Below, piece by piece: positions 8,479 through 19,836 of a stretch of 64,000 nt of DNA. Below the pieces are notes generated by a model that was not told the origin of the DNA, did no database searches, and was given only the letters and a program-made list of their open reading frames with translations. Made by a program: the position numbers and the translations under genes. This DNA is from an uncultured Armatimonadia bacterium (GTDB lineage Bacteria > Armatimonadota > Zipacnadia > CAVVLO01), in assembly GCA_963749155.1 (NCBI GenBank), contig CAVVLO010000005.1, positions 224,001 through 288,000 of the forward strand, read 5' to 3'. Position 1 is the first letter of the stretch. Every line of letters begins with the position of its first letter.

Positions 8479-10771
8479 CTAACCACCCACTGCCACGATG
8501 CTTGAAAGGTTGGACTGGATCTCCACCAGGCGCTTGAAGGTGCCCTCTTCTTTGGCCAGAAGCTCGGCATGCGAGCCAATCTCGGCCAGCTTGCCCTCTT
8601 CGAGGACTATCAACCTGTTGGCGCTTCTCAGCGTAGACAGGCGATGCGCTATGGCGAAAGTCGTGCGGTTCTTGATGAGGCGCTCGATGGCTTCCCGGAT
8701 CAGCTCTTCGGTTTCGCTGTCCACCGAAGAAGTCGCCTCGTCGAGGATAAGGATCTTGGGATCCATCAGCACGGCACGGGCAATGGAGATACGCTGGCGC
8801 TCGCCACCCGATACGCGGCTGCCTCGCTCGCCCACCATGGTGTCATAGCCTTCGGGCAGCCTCATCACAAAGTCGTGCGCGTTGGCGGCCTTGGCGGCGC
8901 GGATTATCTCTTCCCGGCTTGCGCCAGGTCTGCCATAGGCGATGTTGTCCGAAACTGTCGCGTGGAAGAGCAGCGGCTCCTGGGGCACGATGGCTATCTG
9001 GCTGCGCAGGCAGTCAAGGCCGATATCTCGCGTGTCCGCACCATCCACCAGGATACTGCCTTCCTGCACATCGTAGAAGCGCGTCAGCAGCGACATGGTG
9101 GTGCTCTTGCCCGCGCCACTTGGCCCGACCAGGCCGATCATCTCGCCAGCTTTCACATCGAAGCTGACTCCTCTGAGGACCGGGACGCTCGGGTCATAGC
9201 CGAAGGTCACATTATCAAAGGTGACGGCGCCCTTGATTTCGAATACCTGGGCATCGGGCTTGTCCATTATGTCAGGTTCAGTGTCCAGCACTTCAAAGAT
9301 ACGCTGAGCCGCGGTGAAAGCGCGCTGCAGCCGGTGGGACAGGAAACTGAGCTGATGCAGTGGCATATAGAACATCCACAGCATCCCGGTGAAGGCCCAC
9401 AAGGTGCCAAGGGTCATCTCGTTCTGGTTCATCACGACCATATAACCGCCAACGCCCAGGACGACCAACTCACCTAGAGCCGTGCTGCTGTCTATGGCGG
9501 GGAAGAACATATTGAAGAGCCGAGATACATAGATACCCGCCTGCATCAGGGGCTTGCTGCGGCTCTCGAACCGCTCCGCCTCGCGGCGCTCCTGCACGAA
9601 GGCCTTCACGACTTTTACACCTGGGATGACATCGCCCAGCAGCGAATAGACGGCGCTCCGCCGGCCCCACCAGCGCACAAAAGCGGGCCTGATGCGCCTC
9701 ATGAAGAGCCAGGCGCCCAGGATTACTATTGGCGCCGGGCAGCAAGCTCAGCACTGCCAGCATCCAGTTTTTAGTGAGCAGGATGACCGGCACCAGCACC
9801 AGCTTGATACTGTTGCTGAGGAGGTCAGGCAGCTGCCAGGTCACGAAATCCTGCAGGTTGGGCGCATCGTTGGTGATGCGGTCCATTACCCACCCGGTCT
9901 GTTTGCGGTCGTAGAAGGAGAGCGACAGGCGCTGGGTATGCTCGTACAGGCGCTTGCGCAGGTCGTAGGTGATGTGTTCGCCAAGCCAGTCCATCAGATA
10001 ACCGCGCAGGCCGCCAAAGGCAAGCGCTACCAGCCTGAAGCCAAGCAGAAGCAGGATATACCACTTCAGCAAATCGACATGTTCCAGCCGGGTAGCATCT
10101 GTCGCATCAGGCAAAACCGTAATAGCCTGGTCTACCATCTGCCCCTGGATCAGGGGTTGAGCGAGCTGGATACCTTCGAGCAGCGCCATTATGAGCAAGC
10201 CCGCGGCGATGACCAGCCAATAGGGCTTGCCCAGTCCAAGGAGCCGTTTGAGCAATTGGGCGTGGTTGATACAGTTGAGGCAACTGCCTATCCACTGGAT
10301 GATAGGCTGGCCACATTTCTCACAGATGTCCGGCGGCTTGTGAACAGGGGGCAGGCGAAACTGATCGGTGTCCTCACCGCGTAGTTCCTTTATATGGCGG
10401 TTGATGGATACCAGTTCGCGTGAAAACCCGAGCGCCTTGCGAGGAGGCAGCCTCAGAAGCTGTTCTTTATGGCCGTCCTGCCTGGCTTCGAGTATGGTAT
10501 TGCCGAAATAATCGAGTCGATCGAGTTGCTCAATCTCGCCAAGTGCCTGGTGCCGGGTGACGGTCAGGTCTTTTACTGTGGCGCCTTCGAGCACGACCAG
10601 TTGGTCAGGCGTCACGATAAGCCACGCAGCGCCAAACTGACCATCGAGTTTAAGTTCGGAATCTAGTGCGGCAAGAAGCCCTTCAGTTGAGAATCCAGCT
10701 TGCTCCAGAGTCTCACGAACGGCAGCCGGCAGATTATCCTGCGCGACGACCGGTTTATCTACTGATGCCAT
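8479..10771 (-). CDS. ABC exporter (fused TMD+NBD) with N-terminal extension and CxxC-x7-CxxC motif; one +1 frameshift near 9737
   Basis: Walker A GPSGAGKST, signature VSGGERQR, ILILDEATS. ORFs 9470..10789 and 8479..9702 join as LLPAPIVILGAWLFMRR if one base is removed near 9737. Confidence 0.88.
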
Positions 10772-10989
10772 AAGCAACCACCGGCGCAACTTTATCTGTT
10801 TCGATAATCTAGTACAAGGGTAATTATTGGGAGGTTATTCCAGAATAAGGCGTACTCTACTCTAAGGTTCAGCTAGAAGTTGGAAAAGCAGTAGAAGTGC
10901 TGTTAAACTAGGCGGGTGTTAGCTTGCCGACATTTTAAGGTATTACATAGTTATATATTCGTTATATTTTGTGACAGGGAGAGGCCACA

Positions 10990-12543
10990 ATGAAGCTCTA
11001 CAGTCCCGACGCCTGTAGGGAAGCTGACAGGCGCGCCATCGAAGAGTTTGCTGTCCCAAGTCGTCTGCTTATGGAAGTCGCCGGTCGAGCCGCTGCCGAT
11101 GTTGCCGAAGAGGTGGCGCTTGGCCCCAGCGCTGTTGTACTCTCGGGAGCTGGCAACAACGGGGGAGACGGCTTTGTCTGCGCCCGGCATCTTGCCAGTC
11201 GTGGTCTCGATGTTGTCGTGCTGGTTTTCGCCGATCGCTCTCGTTTCAGTGAAGATACCGCTGCCAATTTTGCCCTGCTCGAGCGTTGGGGCATACCTGC
11301 CCAGTTTGTTTCGGACGAATCTGATTTGCTTGAACTCAGTTCCAATTTCGGCCATTACGGTGTGATGGTGGACGCCTTGCTTGGCACAGGTTTCCACGGA
11401 GAGCCCAAAGGCCTTATCGCTCTGGCAATTGCCCTGACCCAGATGACTGCCGCTCCCGTGCTCAGCCTCGATGTCCCAAGTGGCGTTGATGCGGCAACTG
11501 GCGTCGTCCCCGGGATTGCCGTCCAGGCAGATATCACTGTCACCTTTGGCCTGCCGAAAGTGGGGCTTTTTTTGCATCCGGGCTTGCAATATGTGGGCGA
11601 ATTGCGTCAGGCCTGTATAGGGCTACCCCCCGAAGTCAAAGCAGGGGCGCGCGCGGAAGCCGATCTTGTTACACGCGAGGTTGCCGCCTCAATCCTGGAG
11701 GAAGTGCTGGAGTGCCGTCGTCCCGACGCTCATAAGGGGAGCCTGGGCACCTTGCTGGTAGTGGCTGGCTCGCGCGGGATGAGCGGGGCTGCTATCCTCG
11801 CCGCCAGGGCCGCTCTCCATCTGGGCGCTGGCCTGGTTAAGGTCGCGGTGCCTGAAAGTATCTGGCAGCTAGTGGATTCCAAAGTGGTCGAAGCGATCAC
11901 TGTGCCACTGCCCGAAACTGAAGCCGGCACCCTGGCACTGGCCTCAGAGGCTCGCCTGCTCGAGGAATTGCGCGCTGCCAATGCCGTTGCGATTGGCCCT
12001 GGCCTTGGCAGGCATCCTGAGACCCAGCAACTGGTGCGCAGCTTGCTTCCCCAACTGGAGATACCTCTTGTGCTGGATGCCGATGGCCTGAACGCTCTGG
12101 AGGGGGCCGCCTTCCTGAAATCTGTTTCTGCGCCGATGGTCCTTACTCCCCATCCGGGCGAACTCGCCAGCCTTATGGAGATCGCCACTGTGGATGTGCT
12201 TAAGGACAGGCTGACCGCTGCCAGGCAAGCCGCCGCTGCCTCTGGCGCCACGGTGGTGCTGAAGGGGGCCTCAACCCTCATCGCCGAGCCGATGGGCGCC
12301 CTTTCCATCAATCCAACCGGTAATGAAGGGATGGCTACTGGAGGGAGCGGAGACGTGCTGACCGGCCTGATAGGCAGTCTGCTGGCTCAAAAACACTCTC
12401 CAGTCCGTTCTGCGCGCCTGGCTGTCTATCTGCATGGGCTGGCTGGCGACCTGGCTGCCCCGCTTGTTACTCGCCCTGCCCTGCTGCCCTCCGACCTGGT
12501 GATGTGGGTGGCTGATGCGGTGAAGGCGTTGCAACAGAGCTAG
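10990..12543 (+). CDS. nnr: Bifunctional NAD(P)H-hydrate epimerase/dehydratase (YjeF)
   Basis: GAGNNGGDG, VDALLGTG, DVPSG, HKGSLG, IGPGLG, DADGL, LTPHPGE, ATGGSGDVL. Confidence 0.96.
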   Translation: MKLYSPDACREADRRAIEEFAVPSRLLMEVAGRAAADVAEEVALGPSAVVLSGAGNNGGDGFVCARHLASRGLDVVVLVFADRSRFSEDTAANFALLERWGIPAQFVSDESDLLELSSNFGHYGVMVDALLGTGFHGEPKGLIALAIALTQMTAAPVLSLDVPSGVDAATGVVPGIAVQADITVTFGLPKVGLFLHPGLQYVGELRQACIGLPPEVKAGARAEADLVTREVAASILEEVLECRRPDAHKGSLGTLLVVAGSRGMSGAAILAARAALHLGAGLVKVAVPESIWQLVDSKVVEAITVPLPETEAGTLALASEARLLEELRAANAVAIGPGLGRHPETQQLVRSLLPQLEIPLVLDADGLNALEGAAFLKSVSAPMVLTPHPGELASLMEIATVDVLKDRLTAARQAAAASGATVVLKGASTLIAEPMGALSINPTGNEGMATGGSGDVLTGLIGSLLAQKHSPVRSARLAVYLHGLAGDLAAPLVTRPALLPSDLVMWVADAVKALQQS

Positions 12544-12568
12544 GCTGCCAAGCTAGTTTAATTTGCAC

Positions 12569-12605
12569 AAAAAGAGAGGAGGGACCCTACTGGGTCCCTC
12601 CTCTC
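12569..12605 (-). terminator. Rho-independent terminator for the cold-shock gene (may act in both directions)
   Basis: 14-bp stem GAGAGGAGGGACCC-TACT-GGGTCCCTCCTCTC with a U5 tract on the minus strand, between convergent genes. Confidence 0.85.
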
Positions 12606-12629
12606 CTCGCAGGTTGGGCTTTGCAAGAC

Positions 12630-12830
12630 TTACGGTTTCGTGACGTGAGCAGCCTTGGGGCCGCGCGAGTCCTCTACTATTTCGAACTCGACTTCGTCAC
12701 CCTCCTCAAGCGTCTTGAAGCCATCCATCTCGATTGCGGAGTAGTGAACGAAGACGTCCTTGTTGTCTTCACCAGTTAGGAACCCGTAACCCTTCTCCGC
12801 GCTGAACCACTTGACTTTGCCTCTGGCCAT
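12630..12830 (-). CDS. csp: Cold-shock protein (CspA family)
   Basis: 66 aa, [17 protein letters not shown]...DVFVHYSAI (RNP1/RNP2); SD-like GGGGAG upstream. Confidence 0.96.
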   Translation of the reverse strand: MARGKVKWFSAEKGYGFLTGEDNKDVFVHYSAIEMDGFKTLEEGDEVEFEIVEDSRGPKAAHVTKP

Positions 12831-12897
12831 GCCTTCTCCCCCTTGGATCTCCTGAGCAATGCATCGTTCGACAATTTGCCGCGCGATGCACAAGTCC

Positions 12898-12925
12898 ATT
12901 CTAACACGCCTTTCTATTTGGTCAA
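12898..12925 (-). promoter_or_regulatory. Putative sigma70 promoter for csp
   Basis: TTGACC-16 bp-TAGAAT with extended TG on the minus strand, about 70 nt upstream of the ATG. Confidence 0.6.
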
Positions 12926-13144
12926 CTGGGTTTTTGCCGTCTTTTTCCATCAAAATGTTTGAATTACACACGAAAGGGCCTCCGGTCGGTTGCCTCGTGC
13001 GAGCAGGAAACAAACTGCATGAGCTTGAATAAGACAGTCGCGATTTGTCATAAACCTAATAACCACGGGCTTTGCGGCCTCCTGACTGGTTGCTGGCAAG
13101 TGCCTGGGACAAACTTTGCATCTGGAAAGGGGAGCGCGATTAAC

Positions 13145-15128
13145 TTGCCTTCAAGATTTGACCTTCATGCGCTAAATTGGCGTTTGGCAGGATTTACACC
13201 CAATTTTTGGCTTGCGGTCCTCAGCGAGCCCTGGCTTACCGACAGTTATATCGCCGAAGTCGCCAGTATCCCCGCCCGGGTGCCGGGTTCAGTCCAGCAA
13301 GCTCTGCTTGCCGCTGGTCGTATCTCGGACTGGAATAAAGGCCTTGCGGCCCTGGACTGTGAATGGGTAGAACATCGCCACTGGGTCTACGAAGCCGAAT
13401 TGCCGGCCGAGTGGCTTGCCGCTGGCGGACAGGTGAAGCTGACCTGCCTCGGTCTTGACTACTCGGGCTGGCTTTATGTCGATGCCACCCTCATTGGAGA
13501 ATTCCGCGGAGGCCACGCGCCCTGCGTTTTCGACTTGACCGCTCATCTGAAGCCTGGTTCCAAGCTCCGACTGATTTTCGCGATGCCCCCGCAATGGCTT
13601 GGATACACGGGATTCACTTCCAGATTCACCGACTGGAAGGCCCGCTTCAGTTATAGCTGGGACTGGATGGTCCGCCTCGTCCCGGTCGGCATCTGGGACG
13701 ATCTCCTGCTGGAAATCAGTGAGGGCTCAGGGCTGGAATCACTCAATTGCCACGCCAGTGTTGAGCCCGCCGGCACCGGAGCCCTTTGCCTCACCGGCCA
13801 ACTGGCTGCCGAGGAGGGCGCAACTGTCACGGTTACACTGTCCGGAGAAGCCGGCCAGGTGCGTTCGGAGACTCTCCCCGCCGACCAGTTTGCAGCCTCG
13901 GGACTCGACTGGCCTGACCTTGAGGTCGAACTGTGGTGGCCAAACGGGCAAGGCGAGCAACCGCTCTACACGGCGGAAGTGGTTCTCTGCGACGCGGCTG
14001 GCCGAAAACAGGATCGACTTTCGCACCGAGTGGGCTTCCGCAGTTTTGACTGGGCATCCTGCGAGGGCGCGCCTGAGGGGGCCACTGATTGGCTCTGTGT
14101 CGTAAATGGTTGCCCTGTATTTTTGCAGGGCATCAACTGGACGCCCATCAGGCCAAACTTTCACGATCTGACCGAGGGCGACTACCGCCATATCCTTACT
14201 CTGTACCGCGATATGGGGGTGAATTGCCTGCGCGTATGGGGAGGAGGCATCCTTGAAAAGACCGCTTTCTATGACCTGTGTGATGAGTTGGGGCTGATGG
14301 TCTGGCAAGAGTTCCCCCTTTCCTCCTCGACTTTTGAGAACTGGCCGCCTGAAGCGCCTGAGGCTATCGCCGAGCTAGCCGCCCTTGCGGAGTCCTGGGT
14401 AAACCGGCGTCGCCACCACGCTTGCCTGCTGCTTTGGTGCGGGGGCAATGAACTCAGCCGCATCGACGACAGCAGTGGCACAAGAAAGCGTTATGCGCCC
14501 GACCTGAGTCATCCACTGATCGCCGCGCTGGCAGAAGTCGTGGCGACGGCTGGACCCTGGCAGGCGCTTTATGCCAACCTCGCCCTATGGCCCAGAGTTC
14601 TACGATGATCCGGCGTATTTCGATGCCTGGCCCCACTGGGACGTCCACGGCCCCTGGCGGCCGGACAAGGGACTGGCAGCGTGGGAAGAGTTCTGGGAAG
14701 CCGACGATTCGCTGCTGCGCTCGGAGGTCGGCTGCCCTGGCGCCTCTCCACTTGCACTGGTAGAGGAATACTGCGCGCCTGACGCTTTCGTGAAGCCGGG
14801 TGGAGAAGCCCCTGCCTTCCGCCGCCAGTTCGATTCCTGGTGGTGGATGGAATGGGCTACTTTCGAGCAGGAGAAGGGTCGCGCGCCTGTGGACAAGGCC
14901 GAGTTCATCGCCTGGAGCCAGGCGCGTCAGGCTGAGGCTCTCTCGGTGGCCGCTCGCACCTGCAAGAAGCGCTTCCCGCGCTGTGGGGGCATCATCTTGT
15001 GGATGGGTCATGACTGTTTCCCCTGTTCGTCCAACACTTCGATAATTGATTTTCTCGGGAATCCAAAACCTGCTGTGGCCGCGCTTGCCAAAGTATTCCG
15101 AGAGGGGACGACACTTGAAAACAAGTAG
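13145..15128 (+). CDS. GH2 beta-mannosidase-like glycoside hydrolase; +1 frameshift near 14546
   Basis: WWPNGQGEQPLY, LRVWGGG, FYDLCDELGLMVWQEF, LWCGGNE; the second frame continues RLDPGRRFMPTSP...SEVGCPG; start approximate. Confidence 0.88.
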
Positions 15129-17107
15129 ACTGCTAGTGGCGCTGGTGCTGGGCTTGCTGGGCAGCCTGATGGTCCTTGGGCAGGGGCAGGATACTGCTTC
15201 GACAGTGCTGCAGACGGGATCGCTTCAGGCCTCACTTGGCCCCGAAGATGGGCGTATCCGGTTGGCCACTCCAGGAGGCGAGGTTGTGCTCGAAGCCTCC
15301 TTCCTCCAGGCGGAAGGTTGGGCTGCGCCAGAGCCTGCCCTCGAGGGGCTCAAGCAGCAAGCCGCTCCTGAAGGAGAAAGACTTGTCGCGACCTTCCCCC
15401 TTGCCGGCGAAAGGGAAGTCGAGGTGCGTTTGCTTGCGCTTAGAGAGCTTCCAGTGGTCGTCGTAACCTCACGCTTGACCCACCTCGGCGACCTGGCCGG
15501 CGATTACTATTTCTGGCAGAGCAACTACGGTCTGTCACGCTACGTTGCACTTGAGGCCGATGGCCTTCGGGAGACTGTCATCCAGGACGCAGAGTGGCAC
15601 ACTCTGCCCTGCAGGCAGTGGTATTTCCTTCCCAGTGCGACCGGCCAGGGAGGTCTGGTGCTGCTGCCGACCAATGACTTCGGGCGGTCAGGCGGAGAGC
15701 CGGGCAGCTTCTACCTGCACGCCTTGCCGCGTTCTGCCCTGGTAGAACCGGGCCAGGTCCAGCAGGCAAGTTTCGCCCTCGGGTGGGCAAGCGATGTGGA
15801 AGAGGCTCAGCGCCTTGCAGAAGCTGTGCTTGCCCTGCACCTGCCTGAACTCGAACCGCTCGGTCCTGAGGCTGGTCTGCCCGAGCCTGTGGATTGGGGC
15901 AAGCCCGCGCCCGACTGGCTGAAAGAAATTGAGACCACGGCCTTCTTCTATCATCCTGCCGAGGACTGGACGCCCGAGCGAGTCGAAAGCCAGCTTTCAG
16001 GTTTCCCTTTGATTATTGGCAGCACGCCGGATGCGGTAGCACTTGCGCGCGTGCACGAAGGGGGTGGCAAGCTGCTGCATTATGTGACCTATACCTGCCT
16101 GCTCGATACCGACTTGCAGAAGGCGGGCGGCCGGGAAGTCTACAGCGAGTGGTTCCAGTCGCTGTATAATGAAGAGCGCGACCTCAAAGCCCATCCTGAC
16201 TGGCGCTGTATCGATGCCGAGGGCAAGGTCCAACACGATGCCTGGGGCCTCAGTTTCAACCATCCTGGCCTGCTCAACACCTGTTGTTTCCAGCCTGGAC
16301 TGGTCGAGGCGGCCTTGCACCAGACAGAAGGGCTGCTAGGATTAGGCTTCGATGGGGTCTTCATCGACCTGGCAGGGGCCACGGTGGGATGTCACGGCCC
16401 CGAGTTCGGCGCGCATGAGCATCTCGGCCCCGCCCAGACCAACACCCAGGCCTGGGAAGCCCTCCAGCGGCGTGTTTATGAAGCTGTGAAAGCTGCAAAT
16501 CCCGAGGCTAGCGTCGTTCAGAATCCAGTCACAGGGCTTGTGCCCTCTCACTGGGCCTATACCGATGTCCAACTGCTCGAGGCTTTCCCCTTTGGGGGCG
16601 AATCGACAAAGCTGACCGCCACCTGGCCAGAGCTGCTTTGGTATGGAACGCAAGCCCAGCAGGCCGCCCAGCACGGCAAGCGAGTGATGTGCCTGCCCTA
16701 TTTCGGCGCTTTCAAGGGAGACGACGTCCGCCCTGCCGCAGTGCTGTCCCTTGCCTGGGCGCGGCTCTTCGATGTCATCTGGGCCGATGCCTCGAGCGCC
16801 GGCTGATGAATTCACCCTCGAGGCGGTGCCAGGCCAGCAAGAGTTCTATCGCCGCCTTAATTCGGCGCGACTTGGTAAACCCATATCCGGGCTGGAGGTC
16901 GTTGACGGCTGCCTTATACGCGTTTTTGAGCGCGGCTTCGTGCTGCTCAACCTGATGCCCGAGGCAGTCTCACTTAATCTACCTTCGCTCGGTACGAACC
17001 GGTACGTCAGCCTTACCGACAACACGGAGGTCCTGGCCGAAACAGGCCAGCTCCAGCTTCAGATTGCGCCTGAATCAGCTCTCATCCTGCTGCAGGAAGC
17101 CGGCTAG
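15115..17107 (+). CDS. Secreted putative glycoside hydrolase (TIM-barrel, GFDGVFID motif), family unassigned; +1 frameshift near 16800
   Basis: Signal peptide from TTG 15115; HPDWRC, GFDGVFIDL; C-terminal RVFERGFVLLN beta-domain in the next frame. Confidence 0.6.
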
Positions 17108-17154
17108 CCAGCGCGAACCTGCTTCGGTTAGCTTATTCCGAGGAGGTTCCTTCA

Positions 17155-18234
17155 ATGGCTTATCGTTGCATCCACATCGGCACCGGCGGCTTCGGCGGCG
17201 CCTGGTGCGTGGCTTTCTTGCCCCCGAGCGTCCAGCAAGGTCTTGTCGAGGTTGTCGCCGCGGTTGATATCAATCCCGACCACTTCATCAATGCGAAGAA
17301 CGGTCTTGGCCTTACCGATGAGCAGCTCTACACCGACGCTCGCCAGGCGATGGAAGAATGCGAGGCCGATTTCTGCACCATCGTCGTGCCGCCGGCCTTC
17401 CACGAGGGGATGGTAGACCTCGCCCTCGAACACGGCTTGAACATCCTCTCCGAGAAGCCTATCGCCGACACGATGGAAGGCGCCTGCCGTATCGCGAAGA
17501 AAGCGCGCGATGCCGGCGTCAAGATGGGCGTCACGATGAGCCATCGCTTCGACCAGGACAAGACAACCCTCCGGCAGCAACTGCGCTCAGGCAAGTGGGG
17601 CGCGCTTGACTACCTTGTCAGCCGTTTCACCTGTGAATGCCGCCGGTTTGCGACCTGGGGCAAGTTTCGCTACGAGATCCCTTATCCGCTGCTTATCGAG
17701 GGCTCCGTGCATCATCTGGACCTGCTGGTGGATATGGGAGGGGCTCTTTGCGAGGAGCTTTATTGTCAGGGCTGGCAACCCGCCTGGGGCGAGTTCGCAG
17801 GCGACTCTCAGGCGCTGATTACAATGCGGCTTGCAAACGGCGTGCGCATCTTCTACGAAGGCGCCAAGACCAACGCGGTCGGCCTCAATTGCTGGACACA
17901 GGAATATGTCCGCGCCGAATGCGAGGGCGGCACGCTGGTAATGGACCATCGCGAGATCGAAGCCTTCCCCTATATGCCTGAAGTGGTCGCGCGCAATGCA
18001 GTCGAGGGAGAGGGAGAGGAGGTGCAATTGCTCGAACAGCCTTTGTGGCAGAATGCCTGGCTCATCCAGCAATATGTCGCCTGGTTGGACGGCGGGCCGC
18101 CGATGGAGACCAACGTCGAGGCCAATCTGCAGTCTATGGCGCTCATCTTCGCGGCCATCGAGAGCAGCAAAACAGGCCAGCCTGTGAGGGTGCAGGAGTT
18201 TCTCGCCCAGCACCTGGCTGCGGTGGGCTATTAA
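17155..18234 (+). CDS. Gfo/Idh/MocA family oxidoreductase
   Basis: GTGGFG Rossmann motif, SEKP, EGSVHHLDL. Confidence 0.93.
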   Translation: MAYRCIHIGTGGFGGAWCVAFLPPSVQQGLVEVVAAVDINPDHFINAKNGLGLTDEQLYTDARQAMEECEADFCTIVVPPAFHEGMVDLALEHGLNILSEKPIADTMEGACRIAKKARDAGVKMGVTMSHRFDQDKTTLRQQLRSGKWGALDYLVSRFTCECRRFATWGKFRYEIPYPLLIEGSVHHLDLLVDMGGALCEELYCQGWQPAWGEFAGDSQALITMRLANGVRIFYEGAKTNAVGLNCWTQEYVRAECEGGTLVMDHREIEAFPYMPEVVARNAVEGEGEEVQLLEQPLWQNAWLIQQYVAWLDGGPPMETNVEANLQSMALIFAAIESSKTGQPVRVQEFLAQHLAAVGY

Positions 18235-18235
18235 A

Positions 18236-19717
18236 ATGACTCTGGAGGATATGAAGCTCCTGCGAGAGGCGCTTGCTGGCGACCGGTATCGCCCAGCCTA
18301 CCATTTTGTGGCGCCTGGAGAGTATCTCAACGACCCCAATGGCACTGTTTTTTGGCGGGGGAGATACCACCTTTTCTATCAATATGCCCCCGACTGGCGC
18401 TCAGGCGACTGGAACAAGCACTGGGCGCACGCGGTCAGCAGCGACCTCGTGCATTGGGAGGACCTGCCCATCGCCCTTTCGCCCGAGCCAGGTCTTTATG
18501 ATGAGAAGGGTGTCTGGAGCGGTACTGCTTGCGCCGATGGCGACCGTGTGTGGGCCATCTACCACGCCCACCAGAGCGGCAACTGCCTGGCCAGTGCCTC
18601 AGACGAGTGGCTGACTGAATGGACCAAACATCCGGCAAATCCGGTTATCCCGCCCGACCCGGCGCGCGTATATGATCCGTGTATATGGAAGGACGAACGC
18701 GGCTACCATACCCTCTCGGGGCGGATCTCTTCAGCTTCCACGGGCGATGGCAGAGACGCGCTCTCCTTCGGTCATGACCTTGCCTACCACTGGCGCTCGG
18801 ATGACCTGACCAACTGGGAGGACACAGGACTCTTCTACGAGGGTGGTTTAGATACCGAGCCTGGCGAGGACTGCGCCGTGCCAGAATTCTTCCCCTTCGG
18901 CGACCGACATATGCTGCTTTTCGCAAGTCACAACCGCGGCGGTCAGTATTACATCGGCCGACTGGAAGGCGACCACTTTACCCCCGAGACCCACGGCCGG
19001 CTCAACTTCACGCGCTTTGGCCTGGCCCGTATCAATACTTGCGGCGACCTGATGGCGCCTCTCTCCTGGGGCGATGACCAGGGCCGGCGCATCGTCATCG
19101 CATGGGTGCCCGAGGGTACGACCGATGAGCGCCAGTTTTCCTCTGGCTGGGCGGGGATTATGTCGCTGCCCCGGATGATTGCTCTTGAAGAAAACGGTTC
19201 ACTGAGCCTCCAGCCTGTCCCGGAGCTTGCGGCCTTGCGCGGCCAGCCTGTCACTTGTGGCGGGATGATGTTATCGCCTGAAGCGCCCGTATGGCTCCAA
19301 GGATTCGAGAGCGACAGGCTGGAACTCGACCTTACTATTGAACCTGGCTCCGCAACTTCGGTGGGCATCAACGTGCTGTGCAGCCCTCACAATGAGGAAG
19401 AGACGACAATCCTCTTTGACCGGGAGGCCGAGACGCTTGGCCTGGATCCGACTCGCGCCAGCCTCGATCTGACGATGGTGGGGCGAGACCCCCAGGTTGC
19501 CCCGTTTGCGCTTGCAACTGGCGAAGCGCTCAGGCTGCGAGTTTTCGTTGACCGGAGTGTGGTGGAGGTCTTCGCGAACGACCGTCTTTGTCTTACCAAG
19601 CGCGTCTATCCCTCGCGCCCTGACAGCCTGGGCGTGCAGCTCTTTGCGACTGGCGGTCTGGCGATGGCGCTTGCCGCCACCGCCTGGGAGATGCAACCGG
19701 TCTGGCCGATAAGCTAA
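18236..19717 (+). CDS. GH32 beta-fructofuranosidase-like hydrolase
   Basis: YLNDPNG, YHLFYQ, WAHAVSSDLVHW, WSG, YDP, C-terminal FVDRSVVEVF. The catalytic motifs deviate (YDP for RDP, EDC for EC). Confidence 0.88.
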   Translation: MTLEDMKLLREALAGDRYRPAYHFVAPGEYLNDPNGTVFWRGRYHLFYQYAPDWRSGDWNKHWAHAVSSDLVHWEDLPIALSPEPGLYDEKGVWSGTACADGDRVWAIYHAHQSGNCLASASDEWLTEWTKHPANPVIPPDPARVYDPCIWKDERGYHTLSGRISSASTGDGRDALSFGHDLAYHWRSDDLTNWEDTGLFYEGGLDTEPGEDCAVPEFFPFGDRHMLLFASHNRGGQYYIGRLEGDHFTPETHGRLNFTRFGLARINTCGDLMAPLSWGDDQGRRIVIAWVPEGTTDERQFSSGWAGIMSLPRMIALEENGSLSLQPVPELAALRGQPVTCGGMMLSPEAPVWLQGFESDRLELDLTIEPGSATSVGINVLCSPHNEEETTILFDREAETLGLDPTRASLDLTMVGRDPQVAPFALATGEALRLRVFVDRSVVEVFANDRLCLTKRVYPSRPDSLGVQLFATGGLAMALAATAWEMQPVWPIS

Positions 19718-19746
19718 TTCGATTGTAAAGCCTAAAAATCAGCTCC

Positions 19747-19791
19747 AGGCCTTTCTCTGCGCCGACCGACCGCAGAGGAAGGCTTTTTTTT
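19747..19791 (+). terminator. Rho-independent terminator
   Basis: GCCTTTCTCTGCG...CGCAGAGGAAGGC stem followed by a T tract. Confidence 0.8.
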
Positions 19792-19836
19792 GCCCTCCTC
19801 AAGCCCTCTTATGATGTTTCTGGCACGTTTCTTGCA

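Noticed and set aside
10790..10989. AT-rich intergenic region with a GTTATAT direct repeat
   Set aside because: Consistent with an ordinary divergent promoter region. The repeat is too short to support an operator or ncRNA call.
12831..13144. N-terminal extensions of the csp (127 aa) and GH2 ORFs in the ORF track
   Set aside because: They overlap each other and the promoter region. SD positions and recognisable protein sequence begin at 12830 and about 13145.
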